This document shows, one piece after another, positions 10,271 to 23,084 of a DNA stretch of 64,000 nucleotides (its first letter is position 1; each line of letters begins with the position of its first letter). A program made the position numbers and the translations under genes. The notes below the pieces were generated by a model. It had not been told where the DNA came from, searched no databases, and worked only from the letters and a program-made list of their open reading frames with translations. This DNA is from Paraspadella gotoi (lineage: Eukaryota; Animalia; Chaetognatha), in contig CM119268.1 of NCBI GenBank assembly GCA_051294375.1, positions 2,725,292-2,789,291 of the forward strand. Direction: 5' to 3'.

Positions 10271-13200
10271 ATGACACAATGAAAAATGTAAACGTTACTG
10301 TTCCGTGCATAAAAAAAATTCACTGTCAATATTATTATATTTCTTTTATTTTTTGAAACGTATAGTTTCATATGCTGATATCCAAATATCATGCCAAAAT
10401 CTTTTTTTGTTTTTTTGATATGACTGAATATAGGTGAACATGATAAGTTTTTTTAAAAAAGTTACTTTATTCATATTATCATAGAATGAATATAAAAAAA
10501 TAAAAAAAATAATAGTACTAATAGTTAGTGTTATGTCTCAATTAGAATGGAAAAAAAACCTCATTAAAAATTCGATCGGGAAGTGGGTAACTAAGGCTTA
10601 CCAATGGCATCCCTCCACGCCGATTGTTCTCTCAAATATTTTTTTATTTAATAATTTGAAGGGAAAAAAAGAAAATTTAGAATGCAGGTTGCCAGAAAGG
10701 GTACAGATATCTGGGACTTTTGACATGATAACCATGACTTTTAATACTCTTGTAAAGGGGGCCAGTAAAGAAATCTAAAAAATTTTCATCATTAATCAGT
10801 CAATGAACCCTTTCCAATGGGCTATTACAAGAATATTTTTTCTTATTAAATGGATGATAAATAATAAAATTAAATTACTTGCTATATTTAAAAAAAAATT
10901 ATCAATACAAATTAACACAATGATGTTTGCTTTGTCAAATATGTTACCAGCTATATAATTTTTACAACTTTAATATGATAACAAGCAGTGTGTCAGCTTT
11001 TAGTTTGCAGTTAAGATAATGAAAAATGATGATTTTTGTCACAGACAAGAAGGTAGATGGTCCAGACTGTTTATATCAAGCTGAAAACATTTTTGGTATT
11101 TATCATTTTTAATATTTAAAAATATATTTTATCAAGCCTACACATAAATTTTTGCTTGTTTTTTACTTTACGAAAAATATAAGCAATTTATGGAATAAAA
11201 AAAATTTAATATAAAACATTAATTCAGTCTTTCATTTTTTCAAATTACAAAAGAAAAAGAAAAAATTTCATATGTCTTCATTGAAATTTTTAAGCAAAAA
11301 AACTGTTATACTTTTAACTCTGATTTAAACAAAAGCTGTGTAAAGATTTATGGATTTAATTAATAAAATTCTTTTAGAAAGGTGTCCCATGATTAGGGGC
11401 TTTAATTTGATACCACATCCACCTTGCTACCTCTTTTCTTTCAAAAGTTATTTAAAAAAAAACGTTTTTTAAATTACGCAGTAAAATCTTTGTAAATAAA
11501 AATTTTCGCAAAGCGGGAGTATCTCATTATTTCTGTTGTACAATACTTAATTTTAAAATAAAACTTGAAGAAAATTTTTTTGTCATTTAGAGACATATCA
11601 CTTTCAAATGTACCATCGTATAATAATTATTTATTTATTTCCCCAAAAAAGCCTAATTAGAAAAGTTGAAATTTTTTCAAATGTTGGGAAAAAAATTTCA
11701 TCCGAAACCTTATGCTCATTGAGAAAATTAAAATATCAAAAAAAATAAAAAAATCAGCCTCTAGAAAAATCGAAAGGCTAAGGCTGATTTTTGAGAATTG
11801 CAAAATTACTCACGACTTCATATCCATTATTCTCAAGTATTCAAAATATTTTTTTACCAAAATCATTCAATCAATTTTTTTTATAATTTAAAATGTTTTT
11901 ATGATGTTGTTTTTGTTGAAGAATTGAAAAAAAAGTGAAAAAATATAGTAATTATATAAGGTTTTTAAAAATACCTTTAAAATATTAAATATTAGACACA
12001 AGGGATAGAAGCAGAAAAACTTCCCATTCATAAAGAAAATTGAAAATAATTTGTCATATGTTATTTAGATTAATTGACTATTGATCAAACAATATCGATT
12101 CAATGAAATTGAGTGAAATGATGGGTAAAAAAAAATTATCATTCTTTGGTCCGGTTAACTGTAGGTTACGTTAAAGTGTTTGTTTTAATTAAATATTAAT
12201 ATTTTTTTGCATTTATAAAGCAATGGTCTAAAATTTGTAAGCGTTTCAGCTAATTGCCTTCATCTTTTTTACTATTTTTGATCTAGTTAGCTTTTTGTGA
12301 TGTCTAAGGTTTATGTCAGATACAGACATGTCCTAAGTAGTGTATATCGCAATATTACCAAAAAGTACGAGTAGTGATAATAATTTGGCTCAAGAAACGA
12401 TTTTAAAGGGACAAAATCAGCGACGAGACCGTTTCGTCCACGTCTATTTTCATTGTGTCCTATCCTCTGCTCCATCTCTCCTCTCATTCTTGATCTTCTG
12501 AGGCTAAATCATTTTAAGACGCCTTTTGTTCACACACCAATAACAAGAAAACCATTCCTTCTCCAAAAACATTTCCCTTTCCTCGGCCAACTCCGTAACT
12601 AGTAGCGCATAAGTTCTCACTTTTCGCCCCGGCCAAAACTCTCTCCCTCTACCCTCCACTTTTTATCGCGCCCCCTATTCCCCGCCAGCGCCCACTCCCT
12701 CGTCCCCCTCCGTTATATAAAAGCTTGTTTCTCGGACATCGTGGTCCACAACTCACAAGACAACCAAGGAATATAAATTTGTATCCGGTCTCGAGCGACG
12801 CCCGCTCGCGCAGCAGGCACGGCAGCGCAGGCGGCAGCCAGCCGCCGGCACGGACTGTTGGACCGCTCAAACGAAGGAAGAAGACATTAACTGCGCTTTT
12901 TCGAATTTCGCATTTAAAATCTTCAAGACAAGGGTCAGCTGTTTGCTCGCGTTATTACATATCTTCTATCTCCACATCTTTTTCACCTCTTAGCCGTAGC
13001 AAATCCATCTGCCTAATACATATCCATCTACATATAACTTGACATATATCCTAGACTATTCTCCAGGTGGGAGGGAGGGGAGTTGGGTGTTTTTGTTAAG
13101 GGGCTTGAACTTAGTAATATTTTGCCTGATTACTGAGCAAGTGTTATGAAATCCCCTGATGCTGGACGCTTTTTTTTTTAAAGGAGATCTTCTCTTCTCT

Positions 13201-13281
13201 CTCTCTTCTCCTCTCTCTTCTCTCCTCTTCTTCTCTCTCTCTCTCTCTTCTCCTCTCTCTCTCTCTTCTCTCTCTTCTCCT

Positions 13282-13316
<35 letters not shown>

Positions 13317-13671
13317 TCTCTTATCGAGAAAAACATCTTCTTTGGCGATCAAAGTTGCGACAGTTGAAACGAAGCGTTTTTTTTTCNNNNNNNNNNNNNN
13401 NNNNNNNNNNNTTTCGGTTTTAAGAAAAAATATATTCTGCTTCTTTGGAGACAATTTTGACATAGAGATTTCGTTTGTATTTGTTTGTTTATATTTTTAT
13501 GTTTAAAACGTCTACGCAAGAATTATATATAAAACCCAGGCGTTATCGAACGGTATATGCCGTTCTGTATTTTCCCTTTAATTCTTTTTATATCTTCTCT
13601 TTCCTTCTTTTATTTCCTTTCTTTTCTGTTTCAAAAATTAAAAATCCAAATTTTCACAATTTTTTGGGTTG

Positions 13672-13880
13672 AGACACTTTTCGGTCGGTCTGTCGGTCGG
13701 TATGTCAGTCCGTCGGTCTGTCCCACTTATAGTCCCTCGCTCATTTGTTAAGACAGGAAAAAACTTCAAATTACGATTGTCTTTTGCCAAAAAAAAAAAA
13801 CAACAAAAAAACAAAAAACTTCAAATCCAAGTGACCGCTAGCGCCGCCTTCAGGAGATCCTAAAACTATAGAGAATAAAA
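13672..13880 (+). mobile_element. Family B: DINE-1/Helentron-like non-autonomous element with an internal (GTCG/GTCT)n microsatellite
   Basis: GTCGGTCTGTCGGTC microsatellite, then CCACTTATA, GCTCATTTGTTAAGACAG, GCTAGCGCCGCCTT, ATCCTAAAACTA; inverted copy at 18945-19130. Class assignment is inferred from architecture. Confidence 0.6.
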
Positions 13881-14924
13881 TACGAGCTCAGAAAGTCACT
13901 CCGATGCAACGCACATTTGAATTTCCGTTCTTGATTCCTTTTGACGCCGCTTCTTTTCGTTCTTCGTCTTAGGACAAAATTTGTCGTTGGACAAAGACTT
14001 TGTCAAAGTTCGTCTTCGTTCGTCGAAGTTTGACTTCCATCGTCTCTTCCGTCAGACTTAATGAAAATCGTCATTATCGTCGTCCCCGAAGTTAATTATT
14101 AATTTATTATGATTCAAGTCGCAAAATATCAGTAAATGAGATATAATTAACGAGAGCCGTTAGATTAAAGCATATTTAAAAGGTACAAACCCAATCCCGA
14201 TCCCGGCCACGAAAAATATTAGCTATTTACAAACTCTTCTCTCTTAAATTGACGGAATGAACCGATGTCAAAATCCCAACGGTTCCGATCATAAAAAGAT
14301 ATGACGCCCGAGTCGCTCATCTCCGTCACAATGTCAGACTACAAAGTCGGTCATCTTTCTCCCGATCGATTGAGGCTCAGAAGCGACCTCATCCGTCAAA
14401 AAAAACCGCCGCTCCGCCGCCGCTCGCCGCTGCTGCTGCCGCTCCGCCGCTGCTGCTGCCGCCCGCCGCCGTCCCGGGGAATTATCGAGCCTCGTCTCGG
14501 TTTTCTCGTCGTTTCGTCTTTCATCGTCATCCATTCTGGGCGCAGTTGGCCAATCGATCGTTAACTTCGCTATCGTTATCGCTAATTAGTTTTATTATCA
14601 ATTGATAACTTTTATATCCATTGTTAACGACATCATAGATGATAACTTTATTAACTTTATTAAAATTCGCAAACCATGGTGGACTAAAATCCACCAAATT
14701 TCTGCTCTTTTGCATATTATTAATTTTCTCTTCTCTTTCGGTTACGAGCGTGTTAGTTTTATAACATTTTATTCAGTTACAAAACGTCAACTGTGCTCCA
14801 GTCACCATCCTTTCATTTATTTCCGCCACCATCTGTGCATCCATCCATCCATCCATCCTTACTTATTCTCTCCCTTAATCCTTTTTCCTTACCCCAACCA
14901 TCTGCTCCTTTCCTTTTTCCTTAC

Positions 14925-15042
14925 CCTCGCTTCCGATGGAATCCGGCCCGGCCTCGGTTCCATGCAGAGAGCCGCATGATATATTAACTTGCCTCTCAAC
15001 TGGCCTCCGAGTCATCTTACCCGGAGGTAAGGAAGGTAAGTT
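14925..15042. other. Candidate exon island, strand ambiguous
   Basis: Minus strand: CAG|NLPSLPPG...DSIGSE|GTAAGG. Plus strand: ATG at 14936, MESGPASVPC...LPGGKE ending at GAAG|GTAAGT. Donor consensus on both strands. Confidence 0.2.
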
Positions 15043-16994
15043 CTGCATCTTATCCATTCTCTCCTTTCCACAACCCTTCCTCGCTACTTCGATTAAAAAA
15101 CGCCCACGCCTGAGGATACTCGCTGTTATCAAACCACAGCTCTGCTCACGATCCGTCACCTTCGACAACACCCTAACCACCGCTGACCACAACCCTAGAC
15201 ACCCCTGCCCACAACTCTCCTCATCCCCGACCACTCCCTAACCACGTCCGCCCACACGGATAATCTCTTCTTATTTTTCATTTAAAAAGTAAAAAAATCT
15301 CGGAGGAAATAAAAAAATCCTTTGGTTCTGCTGAGGCTCTGAGAGGAAAGAACATGTTGATGAGAAGAGAGAGGGAGAGAGAGGGGGAGAGAGAGGGAAG
15401 GAGAGGCAGAGAGAGATGTAGAGGGGGCGTGGTGCTGGAGGAGTGGGCGAAGTGAGAAAAGGGGAAATACAGAGCGAGAATCTGTCGACTATCAAGAGAT
15501 TTTGATATTNNNNNNNNNNNNNNNNNNNNNNNNNNNNNNNNNNNNNNNNNNNNNNNNNNNNNNNNNNNNNNNNNNNNNNNNNNNNNNNNNNNNNNNNNNN
15601 NNNNNNNNNNNNNNNNNNNNNNNNNNNNNNNNNNNNNNNNNNNNNNNNNNNNNNNNNNNNNNNNNNNNNNNNNNNNNNNNNNNNNNNNNNNNNNNNNNNN
15701 NNNNNNNNNNNNNNNNNNNNNNNNNNNNNNNNNNNAGAGAGAGAGAACGCGTTGAGGGAATAGAGAGGAGAAGTGGATACAGTAAGGCCACGATGAATAC
15801 GATGAGAAACAGAGAAACGCGGATAAAGTTACAAGGGTAGATCGCAGATCTTATTGTTTTTGACTTTTCGCGGTTGCAAAATGTAAGTTGTAAGTTATGT
15901 AACGTTGTAGGGTTAAAAAATGATTTTTTAAATTTGACAAAACTGAAAATATATAAAAGGCGTTAAGCATTAAAGACATACATAATCTGATCTCATAATA
16001 TCTACCAAATTAATAGCTAATTAAATCATCGAATTTAAAATTAATTCTTTTAGTTCAAAGATTCTTCGGGTTATTAAAAAAGTATTTTCTATTTATTTTA
16101 AAAATTAGATAAAAAGAATTAAAAAGATCAACGTCAAATTATGACCTTTGAAAAAAAAACAAAAAAAACAAAACTGAACCTCATCATCGAAGGAGATCGA
16201 ATTTCATGAAAAATCAAAATATTGAAAGTAACGAATTTATAAAAAAAAAAGAAATTATAAAAACAAAAGAAATACGAACTCTCATCGCGTCTGTATAATT
16301 GAAAAATGTTCAAAGATAACACGAACGAGAGAAGATCAATATGTCANNNNNNNNNNNNNNNNNNNNNNNNNNNNNNNNNNNNNNNNNNNNNNNNNNNNNN
16401 NNNNNNNNNNNNNNNNNNNNNNNNNNNNNNNNNNNNNNNNNNNNNNNNNNNNNNNNNNNNNNNNNNNNNNNNNNNNNNNNNNNNNNNNNNNNNNNNNNNN
16501 NNNNNNNNNNNNNNNNNNNNNNNNNNNNNNNNNNNNNNNNNNNNNNNNNNNNNNNNNNNNNNNNNNNNNNNNNNNNNNNNNNNNNNNNNNNNNNNNNNNN
16601 NNNNNNNNNNNNNNNNNNNNNNNNNNNNNNNNNNNNNNNNNNNNNNNNNNNNNNNNNNNNNNNNNNNNNNNNGAGAGAGTCAATAAGTTCCCATCTATCA
16701 TAGTTAAACGCTTGAGGTTGAAATTTTTAAATTAGTCTAATTTGTTTGCGTCTTTTCCATGATTTTCGGCTCCATCCTTTAATTAAGTAGACCATTATGC
16801 CAAATTAGTTTAAAATTCATTCGTTCGAAAGTTTATTCAGAAAAACGAAATGTTGGTTGGTTGGTTGGTTGTTTTATTAGTTGAAGCAAGCTTTAATTAA
16901 ACTTAATTTTCAACTACGGGCACGATTACTAAATTTTATGCAAAAATTACAAGTTGATTTCTATCTCGCCGTGTGCCTACAGTAAGATATTGCA

Positions 16995-17130
16995 TGAGAC
17001 TGAAAGTCTTGATTGAAATCTCTGAGGGTCCTGCTATGTTATTATATCAAAAGAGGGATGGAGGCCTTAAGCAATCATAGCTCGTCCAAAATCATTGGAA
17101 AGATAACTAATTTATTAACGGAATTGATTT
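16995..17130 (+). mobile_element. Family A repeat, diverged partial copy
   Basis: GAGACTGAAAGTCTTGATTGAAATC...GGGTCCTGCTATG...GCCTTAAGC...GTCCAAAATC...AAGATAACT is colinear with 3713-3835. Confidence 0.6.
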
Positions 17131-17207
17131 GATGTCAATAACTCGTAATTAAAAAACCCCAAATCACAGTTAACATAATTCGTCTTCTTTCTTTTTCTCA
17201 AGAGAGA

Positions 17208-17239
<32 letters not shown>

Positions 17240-17713
17240 NNNNNNNNNNNNNNNNNNNNNNNNNNNNNNNNNNNNNNNNNNNNNNNNNNNNNNNNNNNNN
17301 NNNNNNNNNNNNNNNNNNNNNNNNNNNNNNNNNNNNNNNNNNNNNNNNNNNNNNNNNNNNNNNNNNNNNNNNNNNNNNNNNNNNNNNNNNNNNNNNNNNN
17401 NNNNNNNNNNNNNNNNNNNNNNNNNNNNNNNNNNNNNNNNNNNNNNNNNNNNNNNNNNNNNNNNNNNNNNNNNNNNNNNNNNNNNNNNNNNNNNNNNNNN
17501 NNNNNNNNNNNNNNNNNNNNNNNNNNNNNNNNNNNNNNNNNNNNNNNNNNNNNNNNNNNNNNNNNNNNNNNNNNNNTCGCCTGTTCTCTTTTCATCTTAA
17601 GCCGCAATGATGAGCTGCTAAGCGGATTAAGCGATTTCATTTAAGATTTTTCCCCCCACGAGAGTCATGCGGAGAGAGTATAGAAAGAGAGAGAGCGAGA
17701 GAGAAAGAGAGAA

Positions 17714-17756
<43 letters not shown>

Positions 17757-18944
17757 CTTATGTTTCGTTATATAAATTGTTTTTATCGGTAACCAATATA
17801 AGATACATTTTCCCGTCAATATAAAAAATATCGAAAGGATAATTTGTGATTTTGAGAGGGAGAGTGAAAAGTTGAAATTTGAAATGTTCGAAATTAGTAA
17901 GTAAGTTTAAACGGGAGCTTCAAAATTGAACTAAATTAAAAATTAAACCAACGAGCGTAGTTATGAGTTTGCCGTAATCTTTTAATGAAACGAAAAATAG
18001 CAAAATTTTAATTTTTTTTCAATATGCGTCATCGACAAAAATTTTCTCTCTTTTAATAGTATATATATTAGCAAAAATAATACCAGCGCCCTCGGGACAC
18101 CGTTCCTTCTCCGGCCCGAAGTTCGAGAAGAAAAAAAACCCGCTGGAAGAGAGAAATATTAAAAGCGAAAGGCAAAGAAAGAAAAACAATAACTTGTTTT
18201 GTTTGGATTCCTAGCGGCCGTCAGAAACAATGAGGGGATTTGCGCGTTAAGTCGTGTAAATCTTAAACAATCTAATTAGTTCCTTCGATGAAAAGGAGAN
18301 NNNNNNNNNNNNNNNNNNNNNNNNNNNNNNNNNNNNNNNNNNNNNNNNNNNNNNNNNNNNNNNNNNNNNNNNNNNNNNNNNNNNNNNNNNNNNNNNNNNN
18401 NNNNNNNNNNNNNNNNNNNNNNNNNNNNNNNNNNNNNAAAAGAATTAATTTTCGATGAATTTGACAAAAGAAATCGATCGAGTTCAATTTCCGTTCGTAA
18501 ACAGAGCGAAAAGAAGTTGAAGTTAAATGGAAGGCGNNNNNNNNNNNNNNNNNNNNNNNNNNNNNNNNNNNNNNNNNNNNNNNNNNNNNNNNNNNNNNNN
18601 NNNNNNNNNNNNNNNNNNNNNNNNNNNNNNNNNNNNNNNNNNNNNNNNNNNNNNNNNNNNNNNNNNNNNNNNNNNNNNNNNNNNNNNNNNNNNNNNNNNN
18701 NNNNNNNNNNNNNNNNNNNNNNNNNNNNNNNNNNNNNNNNNNNNNNNNNNNNNNNNNNNNNNNNNNNNTTCAAATGTGTTGCGCCGAAGTGACTGCCTTA
18801 TCATATATGTTTCTTGTGACATGACATAAACATTAGATTACATGACATGACGACGTGACATGACATGACATGAATACATAACTACATTAACTTATTTACT
18901 TTCTTAGCCCGTGGATTTATGACATGCACTGCATCAAATAGACG

Positions 18945-19130
18945 GCTATTATTTCTTAGTTTTAGGATTTCTTAAAGGCGGCGCTAGCAGTCCCTTAGAT
19001 TTGAGGTTTTTTCTGTCTTAACAAATGAGCAACCATCTATAGGCAAATTATATACATTTTTAATATAAGTGGAATGACAGACATACCGACCGACCGTCGG
19101 ACCAACCGACAGACCGACCGAAAAGTAACT
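18945..19130 (-). mobile_element. Family B element, inverted copy
   Basis: TAGTTTTAGGAT, AAGGCGGCGCTAGC, CTGTCTTAACAAATGAGC, ATAAGTGG and CCGACAGACCGACCGAAAAGT are reverse complements of 13672-13880 motifs. Confidence 0.65.
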
Positions 19131-20003
19131 TATAGAACTCAAAATCAAGTAGTAGAGATTCCTAAATTCGAGAGAGAAGAAAGTATAGAGGAAAATTAAA
19201 GGTTTTCAACTCTGAGAAGTACAAGCTGAATTCAAGTAGAGAAGAAAAGGCGATGAACCGAAATAGATAAGAAAAAGCTGCTGAACCGAAATAGAGAGGA
19301 AAAGGCTTTGAGTTCGGAAAGAGAGGAAAGGTGTCGAACTCAACCTTTTCAATTTAAATTCGTGAATTTAGTGAATCGAAAAAAAAAGAAAAAAAAAATT
19401 CAATTCGAACTTCCGATTTTTTTTTGTCCTTTCGATTTTTTTTAAAAATTAAACTATTTGAATTTTTTTTAATTCATCTTTTTCATTACTATTGAATTTT
19501 TTACGGTTTAATGCCTTTTTAAATTCTATTTTACGGCTTCCAGATGAACTCAGCCGGAGTTACTTTAATAGGGAAATAGGGTTCAAGAAAAAAAAACATT
19601 GGAGAACAATCCAATTTAAAAAGTAGTAACGAATGTTTCACAAACATTCAACATTTAATATATCAAGCGTAGAATGGTTTAGCAATGAATTATTAAGAAT
19701 GAATTATACCGCGCTTTAAAAACAGACAAGTCTTGTTAACACAATTTTTTTATAACGATATAATTTAACCACCGGCTCTTTTTATAAACCCGAGGACGGT
19801 CGAGAAAAAGAAATATAACCAAAGTAAACAAACAGAAGCCGCAGTTTTTTTTTTAGAAAGGAAAAAAAAAAGAAAGAAAAAGAAAAAAAAACTTTCCCTT
19901 CTACTTCCCCGGGCACAACTGGGCGGTTGAGAGCGAGCTTTTCTTATTTGCTTTCAACTCCCGTTTGAAATCGGCGGAGGACCGAGAGAGAGAGGGGAGA
20001 GAG

Positions 20004-20046
<43 letters not shown>

Positions 20047-20137
20047 GTCATCTTATTTCAAGAGGCGATGTTTCGTAACTAGCCTTGTCATCGAAGTTGG
20101 CAAAGTTCGAAGCCGAATCTTCCCCCGCGAGAGTCTA

Positions 20138-20240
20138 TTTTCTATTTTCTATGTTCTGTTTTCTGTTTTCTGTTTTCTGTTTTCTATGTTCTGTTTTCTG
20201 TTTTCTGTTTTCTGTTTTCTATTTTCTATTTTCTATTTTT
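20138..20240 (+). repeat. Heptamer microsatellite (TTTTCTG/TTTTCTA)n
   Basis: Directly visible. Confidence 0.9.
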
Positions 20241-20327
20241 TTCATTTTCCTTTTAAAGTTTTGTTTTTTCCCTTCGTCAGCTGATGTCAGTCTCGCAGAA
20301 ACTTGAGTAATTTAAAGCCGTCGTTGT

Positions 20328-20485
20328 TTACTATATACTGTAGTTAAACAATGTGAGTATTAACTAAGGTACAGTTAATTACAATATACAGTAGTTAATC
20401 AATGTTGGTATTAACTAACGTACAGTTAATTACTATATACTGTAGTTAAACAATTTTGTATTAACTAACGTACAGTTAATTACTG
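20328..20485 (+). repeat. Minisatellite, ~51-bp unit x3
   Basis: TTACTATATACTGTAGTTAAACAAT...GTATTAACTAACGTACAGTTAA repeated three times. Confidence 0.9.
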
Positions 20486-21529
20486 CAGATTCCAAACTTC
20501 TCGTCGCAGTGAACGAGTCTTCTCACAAACGCACACTTTTCCCCAACATCTGTGACACACGTTTCAATATCACGAATCATCTCGAATTTTTTCACGCGTT
20601 TATTCGTATTGAAATATCTCACGAATCACGAATCACGATTCACTCTTCCGTTGCAACTTCAACACCATCGCCCATGTTTCGCTTCTCGGAAATAAAAAAG
20701 AGAAAAGTGAAATGTATATCCAGTTTTCTCCTCTTTTCAATTTCACACGCGCGCCTCCCCCCGGCGACTGGAAAAAATATCAAATAAACAAAAAAAAGGT
20801 AAAACAGTTACTATTCCATCATTCCTCTCTCTCTCTCTCTCTCTCGCTCTCTTCGTTCCGGCCTTGCATCTCATCCTCTCTCCTCTCCTCTCTCTCTCTC
20901 TGGAGCTCCGCCCTCTTTAGTCTAGTGTCAGATGGGTATTCGTTCCCTGCCGTTGCTGGGCGAGTGGCAAGGGGAGGTGGGACGGGTGGTCGCAGGCGGG
21001 TTAGCCGTTTCACGGATCCGTAACCTCAAACATTTTTTTAACCAAATCTCAAGGAAAATTGGGGGAAAAGCGCACGGTTTTTTTTTTCGTTGGGAAACGC
21101 GAAACGGTTTGTAGTGTAAAAAAAAGAGGGATTCGCTGTATCGCTTTGTCGGTCACGAGGGGATTTTCAGTATTTGCTTCCCGAGTTGCGATTCGATATT
21201 AAGCCTCTTTTGAAATTCGTTTTCGTCCTTTGGAAAAGAATAAATGCTGATATTTTTATCATAGTGTCACATAGGATAAAGTCACTTTGAAAATTAATTA
21301 ATTTATTCTTTGTAATCCATTGAATTTAGATGTGTTGAGGTTTTGGAAAAATCAAATAATGATTTGCTAACGATTTTTTACTTTAAATTTTTTTATTACA
21401 TGTTCTCAAAACGAGACGTACCATCCGATTCTATTTTTATCAATTTGGATTAAGATCGAAACTTCTTTGTGAATAATAACTATCTCCCTCTCTCCCAGGA
21501 ATTTTCATCGATTTAGTAAATCGGGGCAA

Positions 21530-21708
21530 AATATTTAATCGAAGATTTAGTTAAAGATTTAATCGAAGATTTAGTTGAAGATTTAAGCGAAGATAGCGAA
21601 GATAGCGAAATTGAAGATTTAAGCAAAGATTTGGGCAAAGATTTAGTCGAATATTTAAGCAAAGATTTAGTCGAAGATTTAGGCGAAGATTTAGTTGAAG
21701 ATTTAAGC
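21530..21708 (+). repeat. 12-bp minisatellite (GAAGATTTAGNY-like)
   Basis: Gives the KSST/KSL repeat in ORF 21513..21776. Confidence 0.9.
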
Positions 21709-22215
21709 CTCTTTCGCTGATCATTTGTTAGTCCAACTCGATCCTCTGTTTTCTCAGGAATTCGGAATTTCAACAAAATCCAAACAAAGGATCATCAATC
21801 CACCCGACGGGGGGGGGGAAAGCTTTTCCGGGAAATGCTAATTGCGTCGAGGATTTCTGAGAAATTGGAATTGAGGATTGGGAAGAATGGAGACAAAGAT
21901 GTACTGTTGTACATAATAGTATCAAATTTAAATCTATTTGAAATTTATGCAAAAGACTTTATAATTTAGCAAGTATATAATAAGACGTATGACCAAGCAC
22001 ACTGTGCTTTTGAAAAAAACAACCAAAAAAACAGGAAATGAATCCATCCTGTTCCACTGTGGCTTTCGCGAATTCCGACGTGTGACACAAATATTTATGT
22101 TTTCTTCAAAGGCGATAATCACATTTTAGTGAGAAACAGACTTTTTTTTCATTTCAGTGAGACAGACTTTCTTCAAATCTCTGTCTCAAAAAGACAAGAT
22201 TTATCTCCTCAGCGA

Positions 22216-22257
<42 letters not shown>

Positions 22258-22579
22258 AATCCAGCGTGGACGTCCGTGCAAAATAGAACATATAAATTGT
22301 TACGGGGTAGAAAGAGGGAGAAGGAAAGAGAGAAAAAAAGATAGGGAGAAATAAAATTACTATTATTGTCAAAATTTAAGACTAATGGCGGCAGTTGTCG
22401 ACTGTGGATAAGAAATCTTCCGCCGAAAATAATGATTAATGTTTAGAGGGTGATGATACTAAAGATTAATCACGATAAAAATAGTATTAAAGAATGCATT
22501 ATGAAAAAATAAAAACGCCTATGAAACTCGCTGATCCTTGAATAGATTATTCAAAAAAAACATTTGGTCACGTCCTTGA

Positions 22580-22712
<133 letters not shown>

Positions 22713-23084
22713 AGTTGAAACAAGAACCGTCTGTCTCATGGAATCGTCGCCCATCGATTTCATTGACCGCATGAGTCTGCATGAAAATCCGTCATTGACT
22801 TCCTTCTTTATCAAAGGGAGGATTGAAAGATAGAAAGTAATAAGGAAAGAAAGAAAGAAATAAGGAAAGAAAGTAAGAAAGAAATAAGGAAAGAAAGAAA
22901 GAAAGAAATAAGGAAAAAAAAGAAAGAAAGAAAGAAAGAAGTGTTGACAATTGAAACGATCTGTGGGTGCTAACAAGCTGGGAAAGCAGACAATAGGAAT
23001 GAGAGGAGAGCGAGAGAAGATGAGAGAGAGAGAGAGTAGAGAGAGAAGAAGAGATGAGAGGAAGAGAGAGAGAGCAGAGAGAGA

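Noticed and set aside
21513-21776. KSST-repeat, histone-H1-like protein
   Set aside because: Translation of a 12-bp minisatellite with no ATG start or splice context.
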